DNA of 64,000 nucleotides from NCBI GenBank assembly GCA_031732755.1, contig JAVMKI010000081.1, forward strand, positions 228 through 64,227, written 5' to 3'. Within the stretch, counting starts at the first letter, position 1. Every line of letters starts with the position of its first letter. Positions 23,406 to 35,598 of this stretch are shown here, one piece after another. Under the pieces are notes generated by a model. The model had not been told where the DNA came from and ran no database searches. It saw nothing but the letters and a program-made list of their open reading frames with translations. Both the position numbers and the translations under genes were made by a program. The stretch comes from Candidatus Contendobacter sp. GTDB lineage: Bacteria; Pseudomonadota; Gammaproteobacteria; Competibacterales; Competibacteraceae.

Positions 23406-24641
23406 ATGACCGCTGCCTTATCCGGCGCCCGCGCCTTTCATTACCACGATTTCACCTGCTATTGGAGTTCGCGTTTCGTCTCGGCCACCGCCACGCAAAT
23501 TCAAGGCGTGGCGGTAGGCTGGTGGGTGTATGACCTCACGCGAGACCCCCTGGCGCTGGGACTGGTGGGACTGGCCATTTTCCTGCCAGCGATGGGGCTG
23601 GCGTTGCTAGCCGGTCACGTGGCCGACCGCTTCGACCGCCGCGCTATCCTGTTGATCTGCTATGCCATGGCGGCGCTGACCGCAGCAGGGTTGCTGGGAT
23701 GCGCCTGGAGCGGCGTGCGCCAGGTCGGGCCGATCTACGCCTTGGTCCTGATATTTGGCGTTACCCGAGCCTTCGCCAATCCGGCCAGCCAAGCCATCGT
23801 GCCCAATCTGGTGCCAGCGGAACACTTGGGCAATGCCATCGCTTGGCACGCCCTGGCTTGGCAAACCGCCACCATCGTCGGCCCAGCCCTGGGCGGGCTC
23901 CTCTACGCCTTCGGCGCTCCAGTGGCGTTCGCCGCGGTCACGCTGAGTTTCGCCCTCACTTTCAGCCTGCTGGCCCGCGTCCGCCATCGCCTGGTCCAGC
24001 GCGCCCACGAGCCACTGCGCTGGGCCAGTTTGCTGGCGGGTCTCCACTTCATCCGGTCGCAACCCGTGGTGTTCGGCGCGATTACCCTCGATCTGTTCGC
24101 GGTGTTGCTGGGTGGGGCCACGGCCCTGCTGCCGATTTACGCCCGCGACATCCTACAAGTTGGCCCCTGGGGTCTGGGGTTGTTGCGCAGCATGCCAGCG
24201 GTCGGAGCAGTGCTCATGGCACTATGGCTGACCCGTCGACCGCTGCAACACCACACCGGGCGGTATCTGTTCCAATCGGTGGCCCTGTTTGGGCTGGCGA
24301 CCATCGTGTTTGGCTTGTCCACCCATCTCTGGCTGTCGCTCGCCTGTCTATTCGTGCTCGGCGCGGCCGATATGATCAGCGTCTTCGTCCGTCAGACCCT
24401 GGTACAGATCGAAACCCCGGATCCGATGCGCGGCCGGGTAGCAGCGGTGAACACGGTATTCATTGGCGCCTCCAACGAATTGGGCGAATTTGAGTCCGGC
24501 ATCTTGGCAGCGCTGATCGGCACGGTGCCCGCGGTCGTGGTGGGTGGAATCGGCACGCTGGCGGTGGTGGCGCTCTGGCGACGCTGGTTTCCCGCTCTGC
24601 GCGACCGCGACCAGTTGTTCGCCCGTAATCCAGTGGCGTGA
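23406..24641 (+). CDS. MFS transporter (EntS/macrolide-efflux-like)
   Basis: ~12 TM; GHVADRFDRR, RAFANPASQAIVPNL, MRGRVAAVN..FIGASNELGEFESG. Confidence 0.85.
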   Translation: MTAALSGARAFHYHDFTCYWSSRFVSATATQIQGVAVGWWVYDLTRDPLALGLVGLAIFLPAMGLALLAGHVADRFDRRAILLICYAMAALTAAGLLGCAWSGVRQVGPIYALVLIFGVTRAFANPASQAIVPNLVPAEHLGNAIAWHALAWQTATIVGPALGGLLYAFGAPVAFAAVTLSFALTFSLLARVRHRLVQRAHEPLRWASLLAGLHFIRSQPVVFGAITLDLFAVLLGGATALLPIYARDILQVGPWGLGLLRSMPAVGAVLMALWLTRRPLQHHTGRYLFQSVALFGLATIVFGLSTHLWLSLACLFVLGAADMISVFVRQTLVQIETPDPMRGRVAAVNTVFIGASNELGEFESGILAALIGTVPAVVVGGIGTLAVVALWRRWFPALRDRDQLFARNPVA

Positions 24642-24848
24642 GCGAGCGCGTCAGCGAGACCGAGGGGCGGGGCGGGTCGGAACACTAGCGGTAGGTTGCT
24701 GGCAACCACCCCAGACGCAGCGCCGCGCGCTGGTCGGTGGCTGGAATCGCGGGTCGGTCTATTTGGATCGGGAGCACACTGAACCCCTCAGTGGGGCCTC
24801 CAAGAGAGATATGGCGTTCCCCCGGAACCCCGCCTCCCCCAACCCCGA

Positions 24849-25733
24849 TCAGGGCTGTAAGGAGAGGTACTGCCAGACCACGCTGGCCGCGGCGAGGGCG
24901 GTGATTTCGGCGACATCGTAGGCCGGAGCGACCTCGACCACATCCATACCCTGGAAGTTGAGCCCGCCGAGTCGTTTCAAAATCGCCATCACCTGCCAAG
25001 TGAATAGCCCCCCGACCTCGGGAGTACCGGTTCCGGGCGCCTGCCCTGGATCAATGGCGTCGATGTCGAATGAAAGGTAGACCGGTCCCTTTCCCACGGT
25101 GGCGAACACAAGATCGGCGACCGCTGGCGGGCCGATCAGGTGGACCTCCTCGGCGCTGACAATGCGCACGCCCTGCGCCAGCGTCCACTCATAAACGGCG
25201 CGCGCGACTGGCGAACGGATGCCGATCTGGATGATCCGCCGAGGCTCGACCAACCCCTCGATAATCGCTCGGTAGAACACCGAGCCATGCCCGAATGGCT
25301 GACCGAAATTATCCGGCCAGGTATCCACATGGGCGTCGAAGTGAACCAACCCGAGCGGCCCGAACCGTTTCGCCAATGCCCGCAACAACGCCAGGGTAAT
25401 AGTATGGTCACCGCCGATGGCGACAAGATGGGAAAATCTAGCCGCCTGCTGCTCGATCAAGGCGAGGGAGGTAGGAATATCGCCGAGAGCGATGGTGAAA
25501 TCTCCGACGTCAGCCAGCCCCAATGCACGGGGATCGCGCCAATTCGCTGGATTGTCGCCGTCGACCAGCATTCGGCTGGCATGGCGCACCGCCAGCGGCC
25601 CTGCCCGCGCTCCGGCCCGGTTGGTGGTGCCTATATCCAGCGGCACACCGGCCACCCAAAATCGCGCCGCCGATGGTTCGAGGGTCGTGCCGAGAAAGCT
25701 GGGCGGAATCGCGAAAGTGGGCGTTAAAGTCAT
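24849..25733 (-). CDS. speB: Agmatinase (ureohydrolase family)
   Basis: GARAGP..VR.AS, GGDHTIT, HFDAHVDTW, HGSVF, LSFDIDAIDP..APGTGTPEVGG, DVVEVAP. Exact substrate is inferred from context. Confidence 0.85.
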   Translation of the reverse strand: MTLTPTFAIPPSFLGTTLEPSAARFWVAGVPLDIGTTNRAGARAGPLAVRHASRMLVDGDNPANWRDPRALGLADVGDFTIALGDIPTSLALIEQQAARFSHLVAIGGDHTITLALLRALAKRFGPLGLVHFDAHVDTWPDNFGQPFGHGSVFYRAIIEGLVEPRRIIQIGIRSPVARAVYEWTLAQGVRIVSAEEVHLIGPPAVADLVFATVGKGPVYLSFDIDAIDPGQAPGTGTPEVGGLFTWQVMAILKRLGGLNFQGMDVVEVAPAYDVAEITALAAASVVWQYLSLQP

Positions 25734-26033
25734 ATTCTCCGAAGTTCCATGACAAAAAATCTATCGGGCAAACCATTCAAACCATTAAGTTTTGCATGCT
25801 ACCATGCTTTGCATCCCATCGTTCTTTTGTCATAAAAAAGTCATCATATGAGCTTCGACTTCATGCCATCATGCCCCCGTTACGAAAATTTAGTGGGTTA
25901 CCGCTGAAATCCCAATCAGGAGCGTTTAATTTGAAATGCTTTATTCATGACTCTTCGAGGGTTCTTGTGAAAACCGGGGATCGGTAATCTATTAGCACTC
26001 CATTTCCGTTCCGTTCGACACGAGGAATCGCCC

Positions 26034-26585
26034 GTGTTTCCAACACCTGCCCGTGTGTTTCTAACTAGAGGGATTGGTATTCACCGCCATACCCTGACGG
26101 CTTTCGAGCTAGCGTTGCGTGATGCGGACATCGAGCAGCAGAATTTAGTGTACGTTTCGTCGATCCTGCCGCCTGGCTGTGAGCTGGTGACCCGCGAGAT
26201 TGGAGTGGCTGCCCTGAAGCCGGGTGACATCACCTTTTGCGTGATGGCGCGAATCGAGACCAACGAGCCTGGACGGCACATTCACGCTAGCATCGGCCTC
26301 GCCAGACCTGCGGATCCCGAGACCTACGGCTACATTTCCGAGTACCACGGTTTCGGCCAGATGGCTGAGCAAAGCGGCGACCACGCGGAAGACCTCGCGG
26401 CCAGCATGCTCGCCAGCACCCTGGGTTTGGACCTCGACCCTGAGGTTGCCTGGAACGAACGCAAGCGCATCTACGAGCACAGCCATCTGGTCATCAACAG
26501 TTTGTCGATGACCGCCGCCACCGAAGGCGATCCCGAGGGCCGTTGGACCTGCGCTGTCTCCGCAGCGGTATTCCTGTTCTCTTAA
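26034..26585 (+). CDS. pdaD: Pyruvoyl-dependent arginine decarboxylase proenzyme
   Basis: FELALRDA.I...NLVYVSSILPP with the Ser42-Ser43 autocleavage site; YGYISEYH; GAGGA RBS before the GTG start. Confidence 0.88.
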   Translation: MFPTPARVFLTRGIGIHRHTLTAFELALRDADIEQQNLVYVSSILPPGCELVTREIGVAALKPGDITFCVMARIETNEPGRHIHASIGLARPADPETYGYISEYHGFGQMAEQSGDHAEDLAASMLASTLGLDLDPEVAWNERKRIYEHSHLVINSLSMTAATEGDPEGRWTCAVSAAVFLFS

Positions 26586-26605
26586 CGCCTCCCGCGGAAA
26601 CTTCT

Positions 26606-26830
26606 GTCTTGGCCGCAGGCGCTATAGATATCCCAGTACAGGCATTCTGGGATGGACAGGTGGTCTAGAGTCGTGACCACGAACCGTGGGTGATCCCCCA
26701 AGGCCATCACCTCGGCCTTGAGGACCACCCGAAAGACCCGCAACCAGGAAGCGGCTTGGTAGGCGCGCTCGTGGTAGGCGCGCTCGTGATAGCTGCGGGT
26801 CGGGATCGGCAGGGCACACCCGGCCCGGCG
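26606..26830 (-). mobile_element. IS1380-family transposase remnant
   Basis: YQAASW.R..RVVLKAEVMALGDHPRFVVT.L....ECLY.DIY.A.GQ matches the IS1380 DDE segment preceding the RG..EN motif; both ends are missing. Confidence 0.75.
26758..26787. repeat. Exact 15-bp tandem duplication
   Basis: ggtaggcgcgctcgt x2 (YHERAYHERA) inside the IS remnant. Confidence 0.9.
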
Positions 26831-26845
26831 GACATTCTCAAGGCG

Positions 26846-27092
26846 GCGACGATTTTGCGGCACTGGTACGTGCTGGGACCGGGCTATCGATGGCCGTATC
26901 TGCCGTTGTCCATCTATCGCGTTCTCGAAGCGCTACCGGCGACGTGGGTAAGGAGCGCGCCGCTTGGGACTGGTGACGCTGGATCAAATGGTCGCAGCGC
27001 TGGTGCAAGCAGTCGAGAACCCCGCCAAGGGAGTAAGGATTGTTGGGGTGCCGGAGATTCAGAGTTCTCGGCTAACTCTTATTGCAAGCTGA
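26846..27092 (+). pseudogene. C-terminal fragment of an NAD(P)-binding epimerase/atypical SDR, frameshifted
   Basis: ATILRHWYVLGPGYRWPYL..., then after a shift near 26950 GARRLGLVTLDQMVAALVQAVENPAKGVRIVGVPEI; no N-terminal Rossmann half. Confidence 0.65.
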
Positions 27093-27118
27093 TGCGTTCC
27101 TCGCTGGGCAAGTGGCAT

Positions 27119-29659
27119 TCACCGCTTGCCCGCGCGGGCCGCATTTGTTGGTTGCTCTCGCTCGGCTTCTTGCTTGGCTAATTGTTCCAGCTCCGCCTTA
27201 TCTTCGGCGGACAGACCGGCCAAGCCGGGGCAGGGCGGGTTCGCTTTCATCCGCTCTAGAAAAACCGTTGCCAAACCGGCGCGGGTTGAATCGGATTTAT
27301 CATCTGATGCCGGTATCTGCCTAAGAATACCGCGTGAGGTGTAGACATCCTCGCAAGCCAGCGTTACCAAAGCCTCGTGCAAATGCTTCATAAATTCATA
27401 ACGCTGGTCAGGGTTAGTTGCATCATCCACCTGATTATGACACATCGCCTGGCTCTTTTGATCCGCAATGCAGGAAGCGAATGCTGGTACAGCATCGTCG
27501 GGTTTGGTCACCGATTTTAAACATTCTAAGAGGCTCTGTTTATCGGAATTATCGGAAAAAGATGGCAGCATCCCCTCGATGCTTAAAGACACCCCTTGTG
27601 GGAGTGGCCCGATGACCGTTCCACGAATATCCAAGAGATCAGATTGTTTAGGATCGCCATTTCGATAGAGTCTTGCATATCGCAAAGTTGTGCCCTGAAG
27701 TCGCGCCCCCTCCAAGTTCGCGCCCTGAAGGCCCGCCCCTTCTAGAAACTCGCCGTGAAGCTGTGCCCACACTAAACCCCCGCTATAAATCTGCTCGCCC
27801 CCCAAGGCCGCCCCCTGAAGTTCCACCCGCTTCAAGTTCGCACACGTAAGCTGCGCCCCTCGCAAGTCTGCGCCCTGAAGCTGCGCTCCCTCCAAGTTCG
27901 TACCCTGAAGGTACGCCCTCTCCAAGATTGCACCCTGAAGGTGCGCCCTCTCCAATCTGCCCTGAATCTGCGCCCCTCGCAAGTCCGCGCCCTGAAGCTG
28001 CGCTCCCTCCAAGTCCGCGCCCTGAAGCTGCGCTCCCTCCAAGTCCGCGCCCTGAAGCCCCCCCCATCTCAAGCACACGGCCTGAAGCTCCGCCTCTTGC
28101 AAGACTGCACCCTGAAGCTGTGCCCCCTCCAAGTTCGCGCCTTGGAGCCGCACTCTTCGCAAATCAGCCCCCACTAGCAACACGGACTTCATTTGTGCGT
28201 GGCGCAGGCTGCGACCCAACAGGGAAATACGCTCCAGTTTATCTTTACTTTCTAAACCCTTACCGGCCTGTAAAGCCGCAAAAATTTCGGGGCTCGGCGG
28301 TTTGGTAAACAGCGCCTGCTCGTTAAGGTCGAGACGCCGCTGTTTGGCGAGGACGACGCAAGAAAAAACAGTTTGGCCAATGGACAAGCAATCGTTATTT
28401 TGGAATGTGAGGTGGATTATCTCACCGAGCGTTTTGTATGGATTGTATGGCTTGTATGGCAGCCTATCGTCTTCGTATTTCCTGTTTAGCACTTGCCATT
28501 CAAGCAGCGATTTTTGGGCCTTGACCGTCACCGTTTCTAAAAACTCGCCATCGACCATCAACCCCAGCGTCAGTAACGGCGTCAATACCAACGCTGAAAG
28601 CAACGCCAAACTGCCACGCGGTGCTTTTGGATGCCAAAATAGGGACAGTGGCAGTGCAGCCAAGAGTAACGCAATCAGTATTCCAAGTTGCATAGACAGA
28701 AACGCATCTTTTGAATCCCACATCGGGCTCCAAAGTACTGTTAGCTTCCAAAATACTATGCGCAAACCAAAAATTAATGCAAATAAAATGCAGGCGCGGC
28801 GGGTCCACTCATCCGAGACGTGACCGACAAAAACAATCAACAGCAAGGGGGCGGCCACGCCGAGAGTTAGCCCGACAGCGAAAATATCCGGCGTGGCCGC
28901 GAACAGGATGATCGCCACGCTGGCGACCAGCACGATCACCGCCAGCCACGCCCGTTTTTTGGGCAGGTACGCGGCGAGCGTTTCGCGCCACCACGCTTTC
29001 CAGTCGTCGCGCGGGTGCAGAATCACCGGCCACAGCGCGACCAGCAGCCCCACATCCAGAAACACCGCGACGCGCTGCGCCCAAGTGATGCCTTCCGCTT
29101 GATAGGCGAGAAACCTGAGCTGCAACGCCAGCAGGGTGGCGAGCGGCAGCACGATCAAGGTGACCGATACCACCAATCCGAGCAGACCGCCGACCACCAC
29201 GCCGGGGCGACCCACCAGATAGTAGGTGTAGGGAAAAATGTGCAGCCGGTCGCGCAATCCCCCGACGCCTTCCTCGGCGGGCGTCACAGCATCGAAAGCG
29301 AAGAGCTTGCGCGACAGCAGTTGCAGTTGCAGCAACAGGTTGAGGTGCATCAGCACCACCAGATAGGGCGCGAAGGCGTAGAAGCCGACGATGGGCACCG
29401 CCACGTCGATCACCGGCAGCTTGACGTTGTTGCCGCCCATGAGCAGGTCCAGATCGGTGGTGCCGAACACGATGACCAGCACGTAAGCGCACACCGCCAT
29501 GAACGCAACATGCAGGACAGCGACCGTCTGGGAAGCGCTATTGGCCGCATCCAGCAGCGCCTTGGCATCGGGCGCCGCCTTGGTCGGGACGGCCAGCAAA
29601 GCCGCCACGCGCTGGCGTTGTTCTTGGCGGGTGAGAGGCATTTTTGGAACCTGCGACAA
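27119..29659 (-). CDS. Membrane-bound pentapeptide-repeat protein
   Basis: Multi-TM N-terminal half, long A(Q/E/H)LQGA(D/N)L(E/R)G array, Cys-containing C-terminal domain (LACED..., CPGL). Confidence 0.85.
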   Translation of the reverse strand: MSQVPKMPLTRQEQRQRVAALLAVPTKAAPDAKALLDAANSASQTVAVLHVAFMAVCAYVLVIVFGTTDLDLLMGGNNVKLPVIDVAVPIVGFYAFAPYLVVLMHLNLLLQLQLLSRKLFAFDAVTPAEEGVGGLRDRLHIFPYTYYLVGRPGVVVGGLLGLVVSVTLIVLPLATLLALQLRFLAYQAEGITWAQRVAVFLDVGLLVALWPVILHPRDDWKAWWRETLAAYLPKKRAWLAVIVLVASVAIILFAATPDIFAVGLTLGVAAPLLLIVFVGHVSDEWTRRACILFALIFGLRIVFWKLTVLWSPMWDSKDAFLSMQLGILIALLLAALPLSLFWHPKAPRGSLALLSALVLTPLLTLGLMVDGEFLETVTVKAQKSLLEWQVLNRKYEDDRLPYKPYNPYKTLGEIIHLTFQNNDCLSIGQTVFSCVVLAKQRRLDLNEQALFTKPPSPEIFAALQAGKGLESKDKLERISLLGRSLRHAQMKSVLLVGADLRRVRLQGANLEGAQLQGAVLQEAELQAVCLRWGGLQGADLEGAQLQGADLEGAQLQGADLRGAQIQGRLERAHLQGAILERAYLQGTNLEGAQLQGADLRGAQLTCANLKRVELQGAALGGEQIYSGGLVWAQLHGEFLEGAGLQGANLEGARLQGTTLRYARLYRNGDPKQSDLLDIRGTVIGPLPQGVSLSIEGMLPSFSDNSDKQSLLECLKSVTKPDDAVPAFASCIADQKSQAMCHNQVDDATNPDQRYEFMKHLHEALVTLACEDVYTSRGILRQIPASDDKSDSTRAGLATVFLERMKANPPCPGLAGLSAEDKAELEQLAKQEAEREQPTNAARAGKR
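27961..28050. repeat. 30-bp tandem repeat within the pentapeptide array
   Basis: cctgaagctgcgctccctccaagtccgcgc is identical at 27991-28020 and 28021-28050, with a near copy at 27961-27990. Confidence 0.9.
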
Positions 29660-29712
29660 AGGGGTTAATCTTTGGTCAAATCATCAACAATGATGCCGGT
29701 GTTCGCTCCTTG

Positions 29713-29738
29713 ACGCCATTCGTCCGAATGAATGGCGT
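29713..29738. promoter_or_regulatory. Perfect 9-bp inverted repeat in the divergent region before ubiC
   Basis: acgccattc-gtccgaat-gaatggcgt; overlaps a TTGACG hexamer. Function unknown. Confidence 0.4.
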
Positions 29739-29778
29739 AATTCCGCCATTCCCCCGATACGCGGTAACCATGCCATAA

Positions 29779-30405
29779 TTGCCCGTCATTTCGAACCACC
29801 GATCAGATTCAAACGCCGCCTTGCACGCTGTCCCGCTTTCATTTGCCGCCCCGCTGCGCTGGCACTCCCGCCCACAACGGTCCTGGCGTGACCTGCCTTC
29901 CGAAATGGCCGACTGGTTGCTCGATCACGGGTCGTTGACCCAGCGACTGCGCTGCGCCTGCACCGGACGGTTCCGCGTCCGCGTGCTGCGCCAGGGCTGG
30001 ACCCGCCCCGACCGCGACGAGGCGCGCGTCCTGGGGTTGCGGCTGAATGCTTGGGCCTGGACCCGCGAGGTACATCTGTCGTGCGACGAACAACCTTGGG
30101 TGTTCGCCCGAACCTTGATTCCCGCGCGAACCCTGCGCGGCCGGGGGCGGCGGCTGACCCAACTGGGCGCAAGACCGTTAGGAGAGGTGCTGTTCGCCAG
30201 CCCAAGCGTCCGGCGCGGCCCGGTCGAAATCGCCCGCATCGTGGCTGGCCGACGCTTGCACCAGCAAGCGTTCACCTGCCTTGCCGAGCCGCCGGACGTG
30301 ATCTGGGGTCGCCGTTCCGTATTTCACATTGAAGACCGCCCATTGCTGGTCTGCGAGATTTTTCTACCCGATTTGCCGGTATTCGCCTGTCACCGACCGG
30401 ACTGA
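29779..30405 (+). CDS. ubiC: Chorismate pyruvate-lyase
   Basis: WLLDHGSLTQRL, REVHL.....PWVFARTLIP, LGARPLG..LF, WGRRSVF, LLVCEIFLP; start position uncertain. Confidence 0.92.
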   Translation: MPVISNHRSDSNAALHAVPLSFAAPLRWHSRPQRSWRDLPSEMADWLLDHGSLTQRLRCACTGRFRVRVLRQGWTRPDRDEARVLGLRLNAWAWTREVHLSCDEQPWVFARTLIPARTLRGRGRRLTQLGARPLGEVLFASPSVRRGPVEIARIVAGRRLHQQAFTCLAEPPDVIWGRRSVFHIEDRPLLVCEIFLPDLPVFACHRPD

Positions 30406-30414
30406 TTTTCCACC

Positions 30415-31296
30415 ATGACCATCGAAACTTTTGAAAACCGCTTGCGCGAATACGCGCAATTGATGCGCCTGCATCGCCCCATCGGGATTTACCTGCTGCT
30501 CTGGCCGACCCTGTGGGCGCTGTGGCTGGCGGGCGACGGCCAGCCGCCACGCGGCGTGACGCTGGTGTTCGTCCTGGGCGTGATCCTGATGCGCTCGGCC
30601 GGTTGCGTGATGAACGACATCACCGACCGCGATTTCGACCCGCATGTCGCCCGTACCCGCGACCGACCGCTGGCGGCGGGTCGGGTGCGGTTGGGCGAGG
30701 CGATGAGCGTGATGATCGTGTTGTGCCTGCTGGCCTTCGGTCTGGTGCTGACCCAGAACGCCCTGACCGTCCAACTGTCCTTCATCGGCATCGCCCTGGC
30801 CATCAGCTATCCCTTCATGAAGCGGCTGCACCATTTTCCCCAATTCCATCTGGGGGCAGCGTTCGGCTGGGGCATTCCGATGGCCTACGCGGCGATCACC
30901 AACGCACTGCCGCTGTCCTGCTGGTTGCTGTTTTTCGGCAACGTGCTGTGGTCGGTGATCTACGATACCCAATACGCCATGGTGGACCGGGAAGACGACC
31001 GCAAGATCGGGGTGAAATCCACCGCGATCCTGTTTGGCGAGCGCGATAAACAAATAATCGGCTACCTGCAACTGGCGTTGCTGGTCGTGCTGATCGGGAT
31101 CGGTCTGTTGAATGGCCGGGGCTGGATTTATTATCTCAGTTTGTTCGTGGCGGCCTGGCTGGCGCTGTACCAGCAATTTCTGATCCGCGACCGCAAACCG
31201 GAAGAATGTTTCAAGGCATTTCTCAACAACAATGCGTTCGGACTGGTCGTTTTCTGCGGGTTGCTATTGGATTATCTACCAGTGAGTTCGCCCTGA
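30415..31296 (+). CDS. ubiA: 4-hydroxybenzoate octaprenyltransferase
   Basis: [53 protein letters not shown]. Confidence 0.96.
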   Translation: MTIETFENRLREYAQLMRLHRPIGIYLLLWPTLWALWLAGDGQPPRGVTLVFVLGVILMRSAGCVMNDITDRDFDPHVARTRDRPLAAGRVRLGEAMSVMIVLCLLAFGLVLTQNALTVQLSFIGIALAISYPFMKRLHHFPQFHLGAAFGWGIPMAYAAITNALPLSCWLLFFGNVLWSVIYDTQYAMVDREDDRKIGVKSTAILFGERDKQIIGYLQLALLVVLIGIGLLNGRGWIYYLSLFVAAWLALYQQFLIRDRKPEECFKAFLNNNAFGLVVFCGLLLDYLPVSSP

Positions 31297-31332
31297 AACG
31301 CCATTCAACCTCGATAGAAGGGGGGTGCCCTC

Positions 31333-31665
31333 ATGCTCGTCGTGCACGTTTTCGTTCACGTTAAACCGGACTGCGTCGAAGCTTTCCAGGCCGCTTCGCT
31401 GGACAACGCCCGGCATAGCATCCAGGAACCGGGCATTGCTCGGTTCGACGTCATCCAGCAGGCCGACGATCCGACCCGCTTCGTTCTGGTCGAGGTCTAT
31501 CGTGATGCCGAAGCGCCCGCCCGGCACAAGGAAACCGCCCACTACGCCCGATGGCGGGACACCGTGGCCGAGATGATGGCCGAGCCACGCGCCAGCATCA
31601 AATACGTCAACCGGTTCCCGGACGATCCAGGTTGGAACTATCCGCCGACGCCTAATAGCGATTGA
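31333..31665 (+). CDS. ABM-domain protein (putative quinol monooxygenase/LsrG-like)
   Basis: HVKP...[34 protein letters not shown]. Confidence 0.85.
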   Translation: MLVVHVFVHVKPDCVEAFQAASLDNARHSIQEPGIARFDVIQQADDPTRFVLVEVYRDAEAPARHKETAHYARWRDTVAEMMAEPRASIKYVNRFPDDPGWNYPPTPNSD

Positions 31666-31680
31666 CGATTGACGATTGAC
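31660..31680. repeat. 7-bp tandem repeat (gattgac x3)
   Basis: gattgacgattgacgattgac spanning the ABM stop codon. Confidence 0.85.
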
Positions 31681-31689
31681 GACTGGCCA

Positions 31690-32538
31690 ATGGCGGAAGA
31701 ACTGGAACTGCGCACGCCCCATCTGCGGCTGGCCGCGCGGGTTTGGGGACCGCCGGACGGTGTTCCCGTACTGGCGGTGCATGGCTGGCTCGACAATGCC
31801 GCCAGCTTCGACGCCCTCGCGCCGCAACTGCCCGACGCGCGGTTGGTGGCGCTGGATTTGACCGGTCATGGCTACTCCGACCATCGCCCGCCGGGCGTGC
31901 ATTACCACTTCGTGGATTTCGTCCCCGATGTCGTGGCCGCCGCCGATGCGCTGGGCTGGAAACGATTCGGCCTGCTCGGTCACTCCCTGGGCGGCGGCAT
32001 CGTCAGCTTCATGGCCGCCATCCTGCCGGAACGAATTACCCGGTTGGCCATGATCGAGGGGTTGGGACCGCCAACCAGCAACCCCAACGATGGTCCGGCC
32101 AATCTGCGCAAGGCTATCGAGCAGATGAACGCCTTGCCGCGCAAGCGCCCACCGGTCTATCCGAGCGTGGAGGCGGCGATTCAGGCCCGCTGCGAAGCCA
32201 GCGGCCTGTCGTGGGCGGCGGCGACCACGCTGGTTGGACGCGGTCTCCAGCCAGTCGGCGACGGCTTCGGTTGGCGCACCGATCCCCGGCTGCGCTTCGT
32301 GTCGCCGTTGTATCTGAGCGAGCCGCAAATCCTGACCTACATGGCGCGGATCGAAGCGCCGGCGTTGCTGATCTGCGGCGCGGACGGCTACCTAGTCAAG
32401 CGAGACTACATGCGGGAACGCTACGCCCGCATCGCCAGGCTGACCGTAAAAATCCTACCCGGTGGGCATCATCCCCATCTGGAAGACCCCGAACCCTGCG
32501 CCCGGCTGCTCGGACCATTTTTCCATTGTGCAGGATAA
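31690..32538 (+). CDS. Alpha/beta hydrolase
   Basis: HGWLDNAASF, GHSLGG nucleophile elbow, GGHHPHLE. Confidence 0.9.
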   Translation: MAEELELRTPHLRLAARVWGPPDGVPVLAVHGWLDNAASFDALAPQLPDARLVALDLTGHGYSDHRPPGVHYHFVDFVPDVVAAADALGWKRFGLLGHSLGGGIVSFMAAILPERITRLAMIEGLGPPTSNPNDGPANLRKAIEQMNALPRKRPPVYPSVEAAIQARCEASGLSWAAATTLVGRGLQPVGDGFGWRTDPRLRFVSPLYLSEPQILTYMARIEAPALLICGADGYLVKRDYMRERYARIARLTVKILPGGHHPHLEDPEPCARLLGPFFHCAG

Positions 32539-32756
32539 GGTTCTTCGAGAATACACAATCGGGCAAACGCCAAGTCGCGCGCTACCGCGCTGTTTCGCAC
32601 AGCGAAATCCAGGTATTTTTCCGCATTCTCTGTTGCTAGCGCAGCATCGCCGCGCGAGTTTTGATAAGGTTCACCATTCCTGTCCATAGCGCGGACCATC
32701 GCGCATCGGAATTTTGCGTGGCCAACCTTCCTCAACGGCGCGGAGTCGGACACGGC

Positions 32757-33218
32757 ATGACCCACCAAACCATCGAACTGAAAATCCTCGACCCTCGCTT
32801 GGGTCAGGACATCCCCCTGCCCGACTACGCCACCACCGGCTCGGCGGGCCTGGACCTGCGCGCCTGCCTGTCAGAGCCCTTGACGGTGCATCCGGGCGAA
32901 ACACATCTGATCCCTACCGGGATCGCCATTTATATCGGCGATTCCGGCCTGGCGGCGCTGGTATTGCCGCGTTCCGGCCTCGGCCATAAGCATGGCATCG
33001 TGCTGGGCAACCTGGTCGGGCTGATCGACAGCGACTATCAAGGCGAGCTGCTGGTGTCGTGTTGGAATCGAGGCCACGCCCCGTTCACCATCGCCGTTGG
33101 CGAACGCATCGCTCAGTTGATTCTCGTGCCAGTGGTGCGGGCACGATTCGCCGTCGTCCCCGAATTTACACCCAGCCAGCGCGGAGCCGGTGGCTTCGGC
33201 CATTCCGGGCGTCATTGA
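32757..33218 (+). CDS. dut: dUTP diphosphatase
   Basis: [36 protein letters not shown]. Confidence 0.97.
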   Translation: MTHQTIELKILDPRLGQDIPLPDYATTGSAGLDLRACLSEPLTVHPGETHLIPTGIAIYIGDSGLAALVLPRSGLGHKHGIVLGNLVGLIDSDYQGELLVSCWNRGHAPFTIAVGERIAQLILVPVVRARFAVVPEFTPSQRGAGGFGHSGRH

Positions 33219-33225
33219 AGCCGAC

Positions 33226-35537
<2,312 letters not shown>

Positions 35538-35598
35538 GTGAAGATGGAGAAATCACCCGGTCGAACACGCCCGCGCGAGTCACCGGGCGGGCGCCGCG

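Noticed and set aside
27783-28308. Short repetitive ORFs in other frames over the pentapeptide array
   Set aside because: By-products of the 15/30-bp repeat unit.
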